A stretch of DNA of 64,000 nt, taken from Bradymonadia bacterium. GTDB lineage: Bacteria > Myxococcota_A > Bradymonadia > UBA7976 > UBA1532. The stretch lies in NCBI GenBank assembly GCA_046290225.1, contig JBKAGE010000036.1, forward strand, positions 224,001-288,000. The letters are read 5' to 3'. The translations under genes were made by a program, and so were the position numbers. This document shows, piece by piece, positions 43,613-52,600 of this stretch (its first letter is position 1; each line of letters starts with the position of its first letter). The notes beneath the pieces are model-generated. The model was not told where the DNA came from. It searched no databases and worked only from the letters and a program-made list of their open reading frames with translations.

Positions 43613-45078
43613 TCTTCACCACCCCCGAGTTCGTCCTGTTCTTCCTGCTGTTCTTCTGGATCTACGCAGCCCTGCCCAAGGGTGCGGACCACGGACGTGG
43701 TCGCAAGCTCTGGCTGCTCGGCGGCAGCTACTTCTTCTATGGCAGTTGGGACCCGTGGTGTCTGCTGTTGATCCTCGCCTCTACGGTGCTGGACTTCTCT
43801 GTAGGTCGACGCCTCGGCGAGACCACCGACGCAGTACAGCGCAAACGTCTGGTGACCGTGAGCCTCGTGGGCAACCTGGGGATCCTGGCGTTCTTCAAGT
43901 ACTTCAACTTCTTCGCTGATTCGCTCCATCAGCTGCTCGGCGCCGTGGGGCTCGACGTGAGCCTGCCAGTGTTGGAGGTGGTGCTCCCAGTGGGCATCAG
44001 CTTCTACACGTTTCAGACCCTCAGCTACACGATCGACATCTATCGCGGCCGCCTCACTCCTACGGAGCGCCCCCTCGACTTTGCGCTCTTCGTGGCGTTC
44101 TTCCCCCAGCTGGTGGCGGGACCCATCGAGCGGGCCAGCCACCTGCTCCCGCAGATCGAGCGGCTGCACACGCTCAAGGTTGATCCTTCCGGCTGGGGCT
44201 TCATTGCCATTGGGGTGTTCAAGAAAGCCATCATCGCTGATCACATCGGGGCCATCGTCGAGCTGACGTATGCAGATCCGGCGAATACTCACCCCATGGC
44301 CCTCTGGCTGGGGACCTACGCCTTCGCGATTCAAATCTACTGTGACTTCTCCGGATACTCCGACATCGCCGTGGGCCTGAGCCGACTGCTGGGGTTGGAT
44401 CTCGTGCAGAACTTCGCCGCCCCCTATGCAGCGGCAGGGCCCAGCGAGTTCTGGCGCAGATGGCACATCTCCCTGTCCTCATGGCTGAGGGACTACCTGT
44501 ACATTCCGCTCGGTGGGAACCGCGGCCCGCAGTGGTTCGTGTACCGCAACCTGATGCTCACCATGTTGCTCGGCGGGCTCTGGCACGGCGCAGCCTGGAA
44601 CTTCGTTTTGTGGGGGGCCTGGCACGGCCTGCTGCTGGCGGTGTTCCGGCCCGCCTTCTGGGACCGACTGCGGGCGGCGCTCTCACCGAACCCGGTGATG
44701 GCCTTTGTCGTCACCCTGCTGCGCCGGCTGGTGTTCTTTCATCTGGTGTGTCTGGGCTGGGCGTTGTTCCGGGCGCAGTCACTGGCAGAGTGCGTCACCA
44801 TCTGGGGCAAGCTGCTCGACCCCACCCAATGGGCCTGGAGTCAATGGATGGGCTTTGTGGCCCAATCGGGAGAGGGGCGCTGGCTGGCCTTCTCTGCTGG
44901 GGCCATGCTGCTGTTGGTGCTGGCTCAAAACGTGCGCCGCGAAGGCACCGACGTCTGGGTGGCCCGCCTCTGGCGAGGACCCGCTGCGGTGCGCTTCGTC
45001 TTCATCATCACCCTGCTCTACACCACGGCACTGCTGGCTCCAGAGGCCCCACCCCCCTTCATCTACTTCCAGTTTTAG
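43609..45078 (+). CDS. MBOAT O-acyltransferase (AlgI/PatA-like)
   Basis: LPVGISFYTFQ, FFPQLVAGPI, QIYCDFSGYSD, FWRRWHISLS, GLWHGA, FIYFQF. Confidence 0.93.
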   Translation: MIFTTPEFVLFFLLFFWIYAALPKGADHGRGRKLWLLGGSYFFYGSWDPWCLLLILASTVLDFSVGRRLGETTDAVQRKRLVTVSLVGNLGILAFFKYFNFFADSLHQLLGAVGLDVSLPVLEVVLPVGISFYTFQTLSYTIDIYRGRLTPTERPLDFALFVAFFPQLVAGPIERASHLLPQIERLHTLKVDPSGWGFIAIGVFKKAIIADHIGAIVELTYADPANTHPMALWLGTYAFAIQIYCDFSGYSDIAVGLSRLLGLDLVQNFAAPYAAAGPSEFWRRWHISLSSWLRDYLYIPLGGNRGPQWFVYRNLMLTMLLGGLWHGAAWNFVLWGAWHGLLLAVFRPAFWDRLRAALSPNPVMAFVVTLLRRLVFFHLVCLGWALFRAQSLAECVTIWGKLLDPTQWAWSQWMGFVAQSGEGRWLAFSAGAMLLLVLAQNVRREGTDVWVARLWRGPAAVRFVFIITLLYTTALLAPEAPPPFIYFQF

Positions 45079-45102
45079 GCCCCCTCTGATGTCCTGGGCA
45101 CG

Positions 45103-45606
45103 TCACGCAGCGCCCTTGGCGGGCTGTTGGTGCTCCGCGAGGGCGCTCAGGCCAGCGTAGAGGCGGTGGCGCAGCTCCTCGAGGGCGTCGCACCACTGTG
45201 GCCAGTCCGGGCCTTCCGCCTTGTCGGCGGCGAGCTCGCTCGCCAGGGGATCGTTCACCACCGCCAGGGCGTTGAGCAGCATGGGCATGCGCTCTGCTGC
45301 GGCGTCGGCGTAGAGCAAGGTGGACGCCGCCGCGGCGTAGGCGGGCAGATCGCCCCCCGGGCGGCCAAGGGCGGCGGCGATCAGCTCCCCGATGACCACC
45401 ACTGCAGCACCATCGTCGGCGGCGAGATCGCCCTCGGTGAAGTCACCGGCCTCGACGGCCTGCTTCAGGGTGTCGTCGATGCACTCCCAGAGGCTGTATT
45501 CGAGCTCGCCGAAGAAATCGAGGGCCCCATCGGCGAAGGCCCGGTTGCCGAAAGACCCGCTCTGCTCGCCGGTCTGGTTGAAGAATCCCTGTCCCCATGC
45601 ACCCAT
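45103..45606 (-). CDS. DUF4259-like acidic helical protein
   Basis: MGAWG.G.F...N...D.ALDF; SELA...W...LEEL..RL. Confidence 0.7.
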   Translation of the reverse strand: MGAWGQGFFNQTGEQSGSFGNRAFADGALDFFGELEYSLWECIDDTLKQAVEAGDFTEGDLAADDGAAVVVIGELIAAALGRPGGDLPAYAAAASTLLYADAAAERMPMLLNALAVVNDPLASELAADKAEGPDWPQWCDALEELRHRLYAGLSALAEHQQPAKGAA

Positions 45607-45654
45607 TGCACTGCTCCATTGTTGATTGCGCTCTGCGCTGCGGTTGGTGCCTCT

Positions 45655-45683
45655 GTTCTACACCTGAACACCCGTACAGACAA
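45655..45683 (-). promoter_or_regulatory. Sigma70-like promoter with a Myxococcus-type LexA box (45664-45679)
   Basis: Minus strand TTGTCT-17nt-TAGAAC; box CTGTACGGGTGTTCAGG has 1 mismatch to CTRHAMRYBYGTTCAGS. Confidence 0.65.
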
Positions 45684-45751
45684 ACTTATTGAACCCGATG
45701 TCGGATTGACTCAAGTGGGGGCCCCTGCCGATACTCCGCCCCCGGGGATGC

Positions 45752-46786
45752 ATGCCCCCGACAACCACTCTTTCGAAGGTCTCCAACTCGGTGCAGGCCC
45801 TGATTTTCATCGTCCTCTGTGTGCTGCTCAGCGGCTGCAGCTCGCCCCCGGAGGCGAGAGGCCCATGGGCTCTGGCGCCCACGGGAAGCCCCCCTCGATG
45901 GCTCTCCGATGTGGGTGTCTACAACGATCTGACCACCTTGACGCCCAGCGCTGATTTTCGGCTGTACACACCCGCGTTCCCGCTCTGGACCAACGGCTCG
46001 GGCAAGCAGCGGCTGGTCAAGCTTCCGAAGGGGGCCACCATCGACAACGCCGACGCGGTGGCCTGGCGGTTCCCCGTGGGCACGGTCATCGCGAAGACCT
46101 TCACCTACGACGATGTAGAGGGCCGCTCGGGGACCGTGGCGGTGGAGACCCGGCTCATGGCCCGGCAGACATCGGGCTGGATCTACGCCGAATACTTGTG
46201 GAACGCCGAAGGCACGGACGCCCGGAAAATGCCCGAAGGCTGGTCAGCCCGGGCCGTGGATCTGGCCACCACCGAGGGAGAGACCCGGCGGCACACCCTC
46301 CCGGGCCATCTCGAGTGCCTCTCCTGCCACGAGACCCATCGCGGCGCGCCGGTTCTGGGCATCGATCCGCTCAACACATCACCTCAGATGGTCGAAGCGC
46401 TCCCCTTCTCTGCGCCCATCAAGGGTCAACAGCTCGCCGATCTCCCTGGCCGTACACCTGAAGAGTCTGCGGTGATGGCCTACCTCATCGGCAACTGCAC
46501 GCATTGCCACCACGGCGATCTCGAGGCGGGCGGCGAGAACACCTCGTTCAGCTTGCTGCCCGATCAACTCGTGGCCCGCACCGTGGGTCAACGCACGGAG
46601 AGTTCAGCCTCCGGGGCTGGGGTGCGGATCGTGCCGCGGCAACCCCAACGCAGCGCGATCTTTCAGGCGGTGGTCCACGCCCCACACCAGACTCGACCCC
46701 GCTTTCGGCCCATGCCACCGCTCGGCGTCGACGTGCCTGATCCCGAAGCGAAGCGCCTCCTCGAGACCTGGATCATGCAGCTGTGA
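45752..46786 (+). CDS. Diheme c-type cytochrome lipoprotein (SO2930-like)
   Basis: Lipobox LSGC; LWTNG..K.R, FPVGTVIAKTF, ETRL; CLSCH and CTHCH; MPPLG; true start may lie slightly downstream. Confidence 0.8.
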   Translation: MPPTTTLSKVSNSVQALIFIVLCVLLSGCSSPPEARGPWALAPTGSPPRWLSDVGVYNDLTTLTPSADFRLYTPAFPLWTNGSGKQRLVKLPKGATIDNADAVAWRFPVGTVIAKTFTYDDVEGRSGTVAVETRLMARQTSGWIYAEYLWNAEGTDARKMPEGWSARAVDLATTEGETRRHTLPGHLECLSCHETHRGAPVLGIDPLNTSPQMVEALPFSAPIKGQQLADLPGRTPEESAVMAYLIGNCTHCHHGDLEAGGENTSFSLLPDQLVARTVGQRTESSASGAGVRIVPRQPQRSAIFQAVVHAPHQTRPRFRPMPPLGVDVPDPEAKRLLETWIMQL

Positions 46787-48084
46787 ACTTCAGCCAACTC
46801 TGCCTGCTTGCATCAGTGAGCGCACTGTGGGGCTGTGATCCCGCATCGCCACCTGAGCGCCCCTTCACACCCATCGGGCGCCCGGCGGATGCCGCCGTGG
46901 CCCAGCCGGTCATCACCGAGATCGCCGCCTCGAGCCGGCTCCAGCTGAAGTTCGTCCCTGTCCGCCACGATGCCGGGGTCACACGTCTCACCGACATCGC
47001 CTTTCTCCCCGAGAACGGTGAGCTGCTGGTCACGGACAAGTCTGGTCAGGTGGTCCATCTGCGGCTCGAGAAGGGCCGGATGAAGACGCTCGGGCAATTC
47101 GTGGTGCCGGGGGTATACAACGTGCTCGACGCTGGCCTGGTGAGCCTGGCCATCGACCCTGACTTCACCTTCAACCGCTTCTTCTACCTGGGGCTGAGCT
47201 TCGACGTGGAGTCGAGCGTCATCCGACGCTACACCCTCCACGCTGGAGATCCCGAGGCCACCCTAGCCAGCGCCGTCGACATCATGGAGCTTCGCGGTGA
47301 AGGGGCGCTGTATCCCTGGCACAACGTCGGCTCTCTGGGCTTCACCGAAGACGGGGCCATGTGGGCACTCTCAGGCGACAAAGTGCTCGGCGCACCTGCA
47401 CAAGACATCACCAGCCCTCTGGGGGCGCTCTTGAGATTCTTCCCTGGCCATGGCCCCGAGGGTGGCTGGTCTCCTCACCCGGAGAACCCCTACGCCCACG
47501 GTGACGGGCACCCGGCGGTCTACGCCGTGGGCATGCGCTCTCCGTGGAAGGGGGCCTATCACGAAGGCATCTGGTTCTTCGGCGACGTGGGCCAGTCTCG
47601 GTATGAAGAGCTCAACCGCGTCACCTACCCTGGGCAAAACTTCGGCTGGCCCGATGCTGAAGGACCGTGCAGGCGGAACTGCGCGGGCTTCACGGATCCC
47701 CTCTCCTGGTACACCCGGGGCGCCAAGGAGGCCTTTGTGAAGGCCGATCGACGGGCGAGCTCTACACGACAACGCTCTGTCTATGTGGGCCTGGTCTACC
47801 CAGAGGCCGACGCCGAGGGCCCGCCTGATCGCTACGACGGCCTCTGGCACGATGTCATCGTATATGGCGACGCGTTCACAGGTTTCGTCCGTGGCCGGGC
47901 AGCCCACGGCCCCCCTGGTCGCGGGGCAGATCGAGACTGGGCCGTGGGTCATGTGCCCATGGCCACAGGCTGGGCCGTGGGCCCCGACGGCTACGTCTAC
48001 GTCAGCGCCCTGGGCTCCTGGCCAGAGCCCGCCCGCCTCAAACGAGCCCGCATTTATCGCGCCGAGCTCAAGAGTGCGAAGTAG
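46783..48084 (+). CDS. PQQ-dependent sugar dehydrogenase (glucose/sorbosone dehydrogenase family) lipoprotein
   Basis: Lipobox LWGC; GL.SLA.DPDF; H..GSL.F..DG; YA.G.R.PW; GDVG....EELN....GQNFGWP..EG. Confidence 0.85.
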   Translation: MNFSQLCLLASVSALWGCDPASPPERPFTPIGRPADAAVAQPVITEIAASSRLQLKFVPVRHDAGVTRLTDIAFLPENGELLVTDKSGQVVHLRLEKGRMKTLGQFVVPGVYNVLDAGLVSLAIDPDFTFNRFFYLGLSFDVESSVIRRYTLHAGDPEATLASAVDIMELRGEGALYPWHNVGSLGFTEDGAMWALSGDKVLGAPAQDITSPLGALLRFFPGHGPEGGWSPHPENPYAHGDGHPAVYAVGMRSPWKGAYHEGIWFFGDVGQSRYEELNRVTYPGQNFGWPDAEGPCRRNCAGFTDPLSWYTRGAKEAFVKADRRASSTRQRSVYVGLVYPEADAEGPPDRYDGLWHDVIVYGDAFTGFVRGRAAHGPPGRGADRDWAVGHVPMATGWAVGPDGYVYVSALGSWPEPARLKRARIYRAELKSAK

Positions 48085-48087
48085 ACA

Positions 48088-49500
48088 TCAGCGCCGCAAG
48101 TTGTGCAGCAGGAACGGCAGCGTGCGGGTGAGGTTCACCGCCACCACTAGGCAAAGCAGGGCAAACGCCCTCGGCGGAGGGTACCGCCTCACCAGCAGCG
48201 CCACGGCCCCTACCGATAAATAAAACCCGACGGGCCCGTACAGATCCCAGTCTCTCTTGGGGCCCAGATCAGGGTTCCACACGATGGTGAGGGCGAGATG
48301 GCCCATGCCGGTGAGCACGAGGAACGGCAGGGCCCCATCAACGAGGGAGGTCAGTCCTTCTTCTGACACACCCTGCCGGCGACGTCGCCACCACATCGCC
48401 ACCATCGAGCCCCCCACGGCGAGGACCACCACCAGGGCCATGGGAGCCACCAGGCCGTGGATGTTCGCGATGGCCTTGAGGTGTTTCTCGCTGAAGAAGG
48501 TGTACTGCGACATGCCCGTCTTCTCGGACCACGGCACGAACATCAAGCCATCGCCCCCACCAAACCCCTCTTCTTCGGATCGGTGATAGCCCATGGACTC
48601 CATGGTCATCCACAGCGCCACCGCTGGGAGGATGGTCACGGCCAGCAGGGCAAGCGTACGCCAGTGCAACACACGCCGCAGATCGCGCCGATAGTGACCG
48701 ACGTAGACCAACCACGCCATGGCGGGCCCCAGAGAGAGCATGGACAAGTGGGTGGCGCACGCGAGGGTGAACAGCGCCGCTGACGGCAGGACAGATCCAC
48801 CCAGATGCAGAGCCCGCAGACCCAGATACACCGCCCACAGAGCGAAGACCGTGGGTACGGTGTAGTTCTCGATGTACCCCGCGAACAGCTGAATGGAGCC
48901 CACGGAGATCAGAGCAGCGAAGACTGCACCCACGAGGAGCGGCCGCCCGGGCACGAGATGTCGGGCGATGCCCAGCAGCGCCCACACACCAAAGGCACCG
49001 GCGATGGAGGTGGTGATTTGCACCGATGACATGGCGCTCACCTTCACCGGGCCGCCCAACCAGGTGTACATGCCAAGGAAGATGGCCGGAGACAGGGGCT
49101 CACGTTTGTGAAACAGCACCCCCTTCTTCACGAAGCCCACTACAGCGCCAGCGTCGCCATAGAACCGCGAGGGGCGGATGTCGAACAGGTACAAATATGA
49201 TCCGTACACCACCCCTGCAGCGATGACGCCCCAGAGCACGAGACGCACTGGTCGTGGCCACCTCTGCCAGGGCCTGGGCAGCTGGCTCAACGCCCCCTCG
49301 ACGCGCACATAGAGGCGCATCAACAGCGGCGCCAGCAGCACCATGGCCACCACACCATAGAGCAACATGTAGGGATCGAGGGCCTTCTGAGGCCAGCGCC
49401 AGAGCCAGCGCAACGAGAACGTCGAGGCGGTGGCCACCATGAGGCCCATCACCCAGATGATGCGCTCGGGTGTGGACAGCGTGAAGGACGGAAGACCCAT
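48088..49500 (-). CDS. Polytopic membrane protein, GT-C glycosyltransferase-like
   Basis: About 12 TM helices; GDA loop; F.GY.ENY; LAC.TH; RDWDL. Confidence 0.55.
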   Translation of the reverse strand: MGLPSFTLSTPERIIWVMGLMVATASTFSLRWLWRWPQKALDPYMLLYGVVAMVLLAPLLMRLYVRVEGALSQLPRPWQRWPRPVRLVLWGVIAAGVVYGSYLYLFDIRPSRFYGDAGAVVGFVKKGVLFHKREPLSPAIFLGMYTWLGGPVKVSAMSSVQITTSIAGAFGVWALLGIARHLVPGRPLLVGAVFAALISVGSIQLFAGYIENYTVPTVFALWAVYLGLRALHLGGSVLPSAALFTLACATHLSMLSLGPAMAWLVYVGHYRRDLRRVLHWRTLALLAVTILPAVALWMTMESMGYHRSEEEGFGGGDGLMFVPWSEKTGMSQYTFFSEKHLKAIANIHGLVAPMALVVVLAVGGSMVAMWWRRRRQGVSEEGLTSLVDGALPFLVLTGMGHLALTIVWNPDLGPKRDWDLYGPVGFYLSVGAVALLVRRYPPPRAFALLCLVVAVNLTRTLPFLLHNLRR

Positions 49501-49651
49501 GGAGAGGGGTAATGCCCCGAAAGCCGGCTCGGAACAAGTCTATGGAGGGTGAGAGGTACGCTGCGAGGCTACACGACGGGCATCATGTCGGGGTGATGCC
49601 GGGAAAGGCTCGGCTGAGCGGATACTGTCAGAGGGGCTCAGTCAGAATGTC

Positions 49652-52600
49652 TCAGTCCGAGGGGCCCTGCTGGCCGCCATCGCCGGCGGCCCCGTCGTCG
49701 CTGCAGTACTCAGGGTTGGGGTAGCTGACATTGGTGTTCGGGAAGGCCGGCACCAGACAGCTGTTGTAGGTCCAGATGGCCAGGCAACGGGTGGAGCGGG
49801 CCTGGAAGTAGTCCAGGGCAGCGACGACGTCGGACTCTTCGTCCACCAGGCGCAGGCCATTGGCCCGGGTCACTCGAGCTCGGAGCGTCACAGGGCTGAA
49901 GGGCCCGCAGATGTACTCCAGACGCATCTCCGAGAGGGCGGTCCGGAACTTCACGCCTTCCACGATGCATGCCTGCCAGTTGCGCACGTGCACACCCTGG
50001 TTCGCCGCCGAGGTCAGGCCTGTGGAGAGATCCATCAGGCCCAACACCAGCTCCAGGGCGTCCCGGTCGCTGATGCAGCTGCCGTCGTCACACTCCAGGC
50101 CCACACCTTCCGCGATCTGCAGTTGTAGATCGCTGAGGATCTGCAGCGCGCTCACCACCTCGGCACGTCCAGGTGCGTCGAGGCCCAGAGCGATGTAGTC
50201 ACGCAAGTCGCTGGCGAGGGCATCGAGGGCGGCATTGAGATCGTCGTTGATGCTCTGAGAGGCCTCGGCCCGTTCGACGAGGTCCCGGACGAAGGGGATC
50301 TCGAAGTTGTTGTACTCGGGGGCCTTACAGGGATCGGCGGCATCGTTCAGGTAGAAGTAAACCTCGTTGAGCGACATGAACACGTCGTTGGCCATGAAGG
50401 ACTGCAATGGATCCTTCAGCTGCGCCTCGTAGTCCGGATCCCCAATCATGGCGTCGGCCGCGGCGAGGTACGCCTCCGCCTGCACGACGCTGGGGTGATC
50501 CATGCTCGCCAGAGGCGCATCACCGCCGACGATGCGGGTGCGCTCCGTCTCGATCTCGCGGCGGATCTGGCGCATCAGCAGCCAGAGCGTGTCGTCGATG
50601 TCTGCACCGACAGACTGAGCGTTGATGAGCAGTTCCACCATGCGCCGCAAGGCCATCATGGTGTTGCCCATACGCCCGTGCTCGTCACCCCAACGAGCCA
50701 TGGCGATCCAGGGCTCCAGGCCCTCGAGCACGGCGGCCACCACCGGACCGTCGTCCACCGCAGCGGCCCGGCCCTCGACGATGGTGATGATCTCGCCGAG
50801 GGTGGCCTGCCTGACCTCCACTTCGAGGGACTTCGAAGACTCCGAGTCCTCGTCGATGGCGGTGACGGTCACCGTGTACGTACCTGCAGTTCGCCAGGCG
50901 TGCTGCACCTCGGTCAGGGCGAAGCCACTCTTCACCGGCGTGCCGTCACCGAAGTCCCAGGTGAGCCGCTGAATCGGATCGGAGACATCGCCGGGCGTCG
51001 CCACGACGCTGAAGGTCCAGGGGTGCACCTCATAGGCATCCTCGGGGCCTGTGATGTCTGACAGGTTCGGCGCGGCATCAGCGACGATGACCGGAATCTG
51101 CACCGAAGTGGACGAGTCCTCGTCGTGCACCGTGAGGCGGGCGGTGTAGGTGCCGTCCTGCACGTAGATGTGCTGCGGCTCCGTGAGCCCGATACCGCTG
51201 GCGACGGGGCTGCCGTCACCGAAGTCCCACTCGTAGCGGGTCAGCAAGTCAGCGGCCGAGCCCGGCCGGCTGCCGCTGGCGTCGAACTCGATGGCCTGGC
51301 CCTGGCGGCCGATGTAGGGCCCCCCGGCGTCGACGATGGGATGCACCTCGGCCACGGTGACCACCACCACAGCAGTGTCGGTGGCGCCAAAGCTGTCGGT
51401 GACCCGCAAGCGGCCGGAGATCTGGCCCGAGTCGGGGTATACGAAGGGCACCACGGCGCCAGCGAGCTCATACGTCCCGTCGCGGTTCATGTCCCACTCG
51501 TACTGGGCCACGAAGTCCGAAGCCTCCGGGCTGGTGGAGCGGCCAGCGTCGAGGAAGATGATCTCACCCTCGTCGCCTGTGTACGGCCCCCCTGGCATGG
51601 CCTCTGGGGGGGCGTTGATGCGGAAGCGACGTTGATGCGTGTAGGGGCTGCCCGCGCAATCATTGATGGTCAGCTCGAACCGGAACTCGCCCTGACCCGC
51701 GAGATCGGTGCCCTCGATGTAGGGGAAGGCCGAGCCCCCATCTACGCTGACCGACGCCGACTCGCCTGCGACACAGGCCGCCGGGGCATCAATATTCCAG
51801 CTGTATTGGCCCGAAGAGACCACCTCGTTGTTGTCTGGGCCCACGAGCTCCACCCCGGGCTGCTCGGCGATGAGCCAGCTGCGCTCTAGAGTGGAGGTAT
51901 TGCCACAGGCATCGGTGGCGGTGATGTCCACGGTGCGTACGCAGGCGTCCACACTCACCACCTGCTGGACCGCGGGGGCTGGGTCGAGGGCGTCTTCCAC
52001 CTCGAGTTCGAAGGCGGGGACCTCACCCTCGGCGTAGCACGCGCCCTCCATCAGAGCAGCATTGAGCGCGATGCTCGGGCCGGTACGATCGAAGGGCACT
52101 TGTCCACCAGCAGAGATCGTGGCCTCGGCGCCTTCGTCGTCGAGCATCGTCACCGTCACCGTCGACATGCCCTCCGCGGCGAGGTTGGCGTTCACCGGGA
52201 TCTCCACCACCACATCTTCGCCGTTGGCGGGCAAGTCTGCTGTGGTTGAGCCGATGACCACGCCATCGGCTCGTACGGTGAAGGTCACCTCGCCGCCGTC
52301 GGGCTGTCGCGCCGACACCTGGAAGGGGTCCGCCCCTGCGGGGACGCAATCACCACCACGGGGCCACACGAGCTCACCGACCGGGGGCATCTTGGCCCGA
52401 ACACGAATCTCTGCCTCGGCAGGCTCAGACCAGGCGCCATGGGCGTCGAGGACCTTGAGCCGCACCACCTGCGTGGTGCCCGTGCGCCACTCCGGGTTCA
52501 CATAACCGCGGACCTTCGCGCCGACGTGATCTGTACCGTTGAGGCCGCCAGCCCCGTCGACATCATCAGCACCATAGAGACCGTCGTTGTCGGTGTCCCA

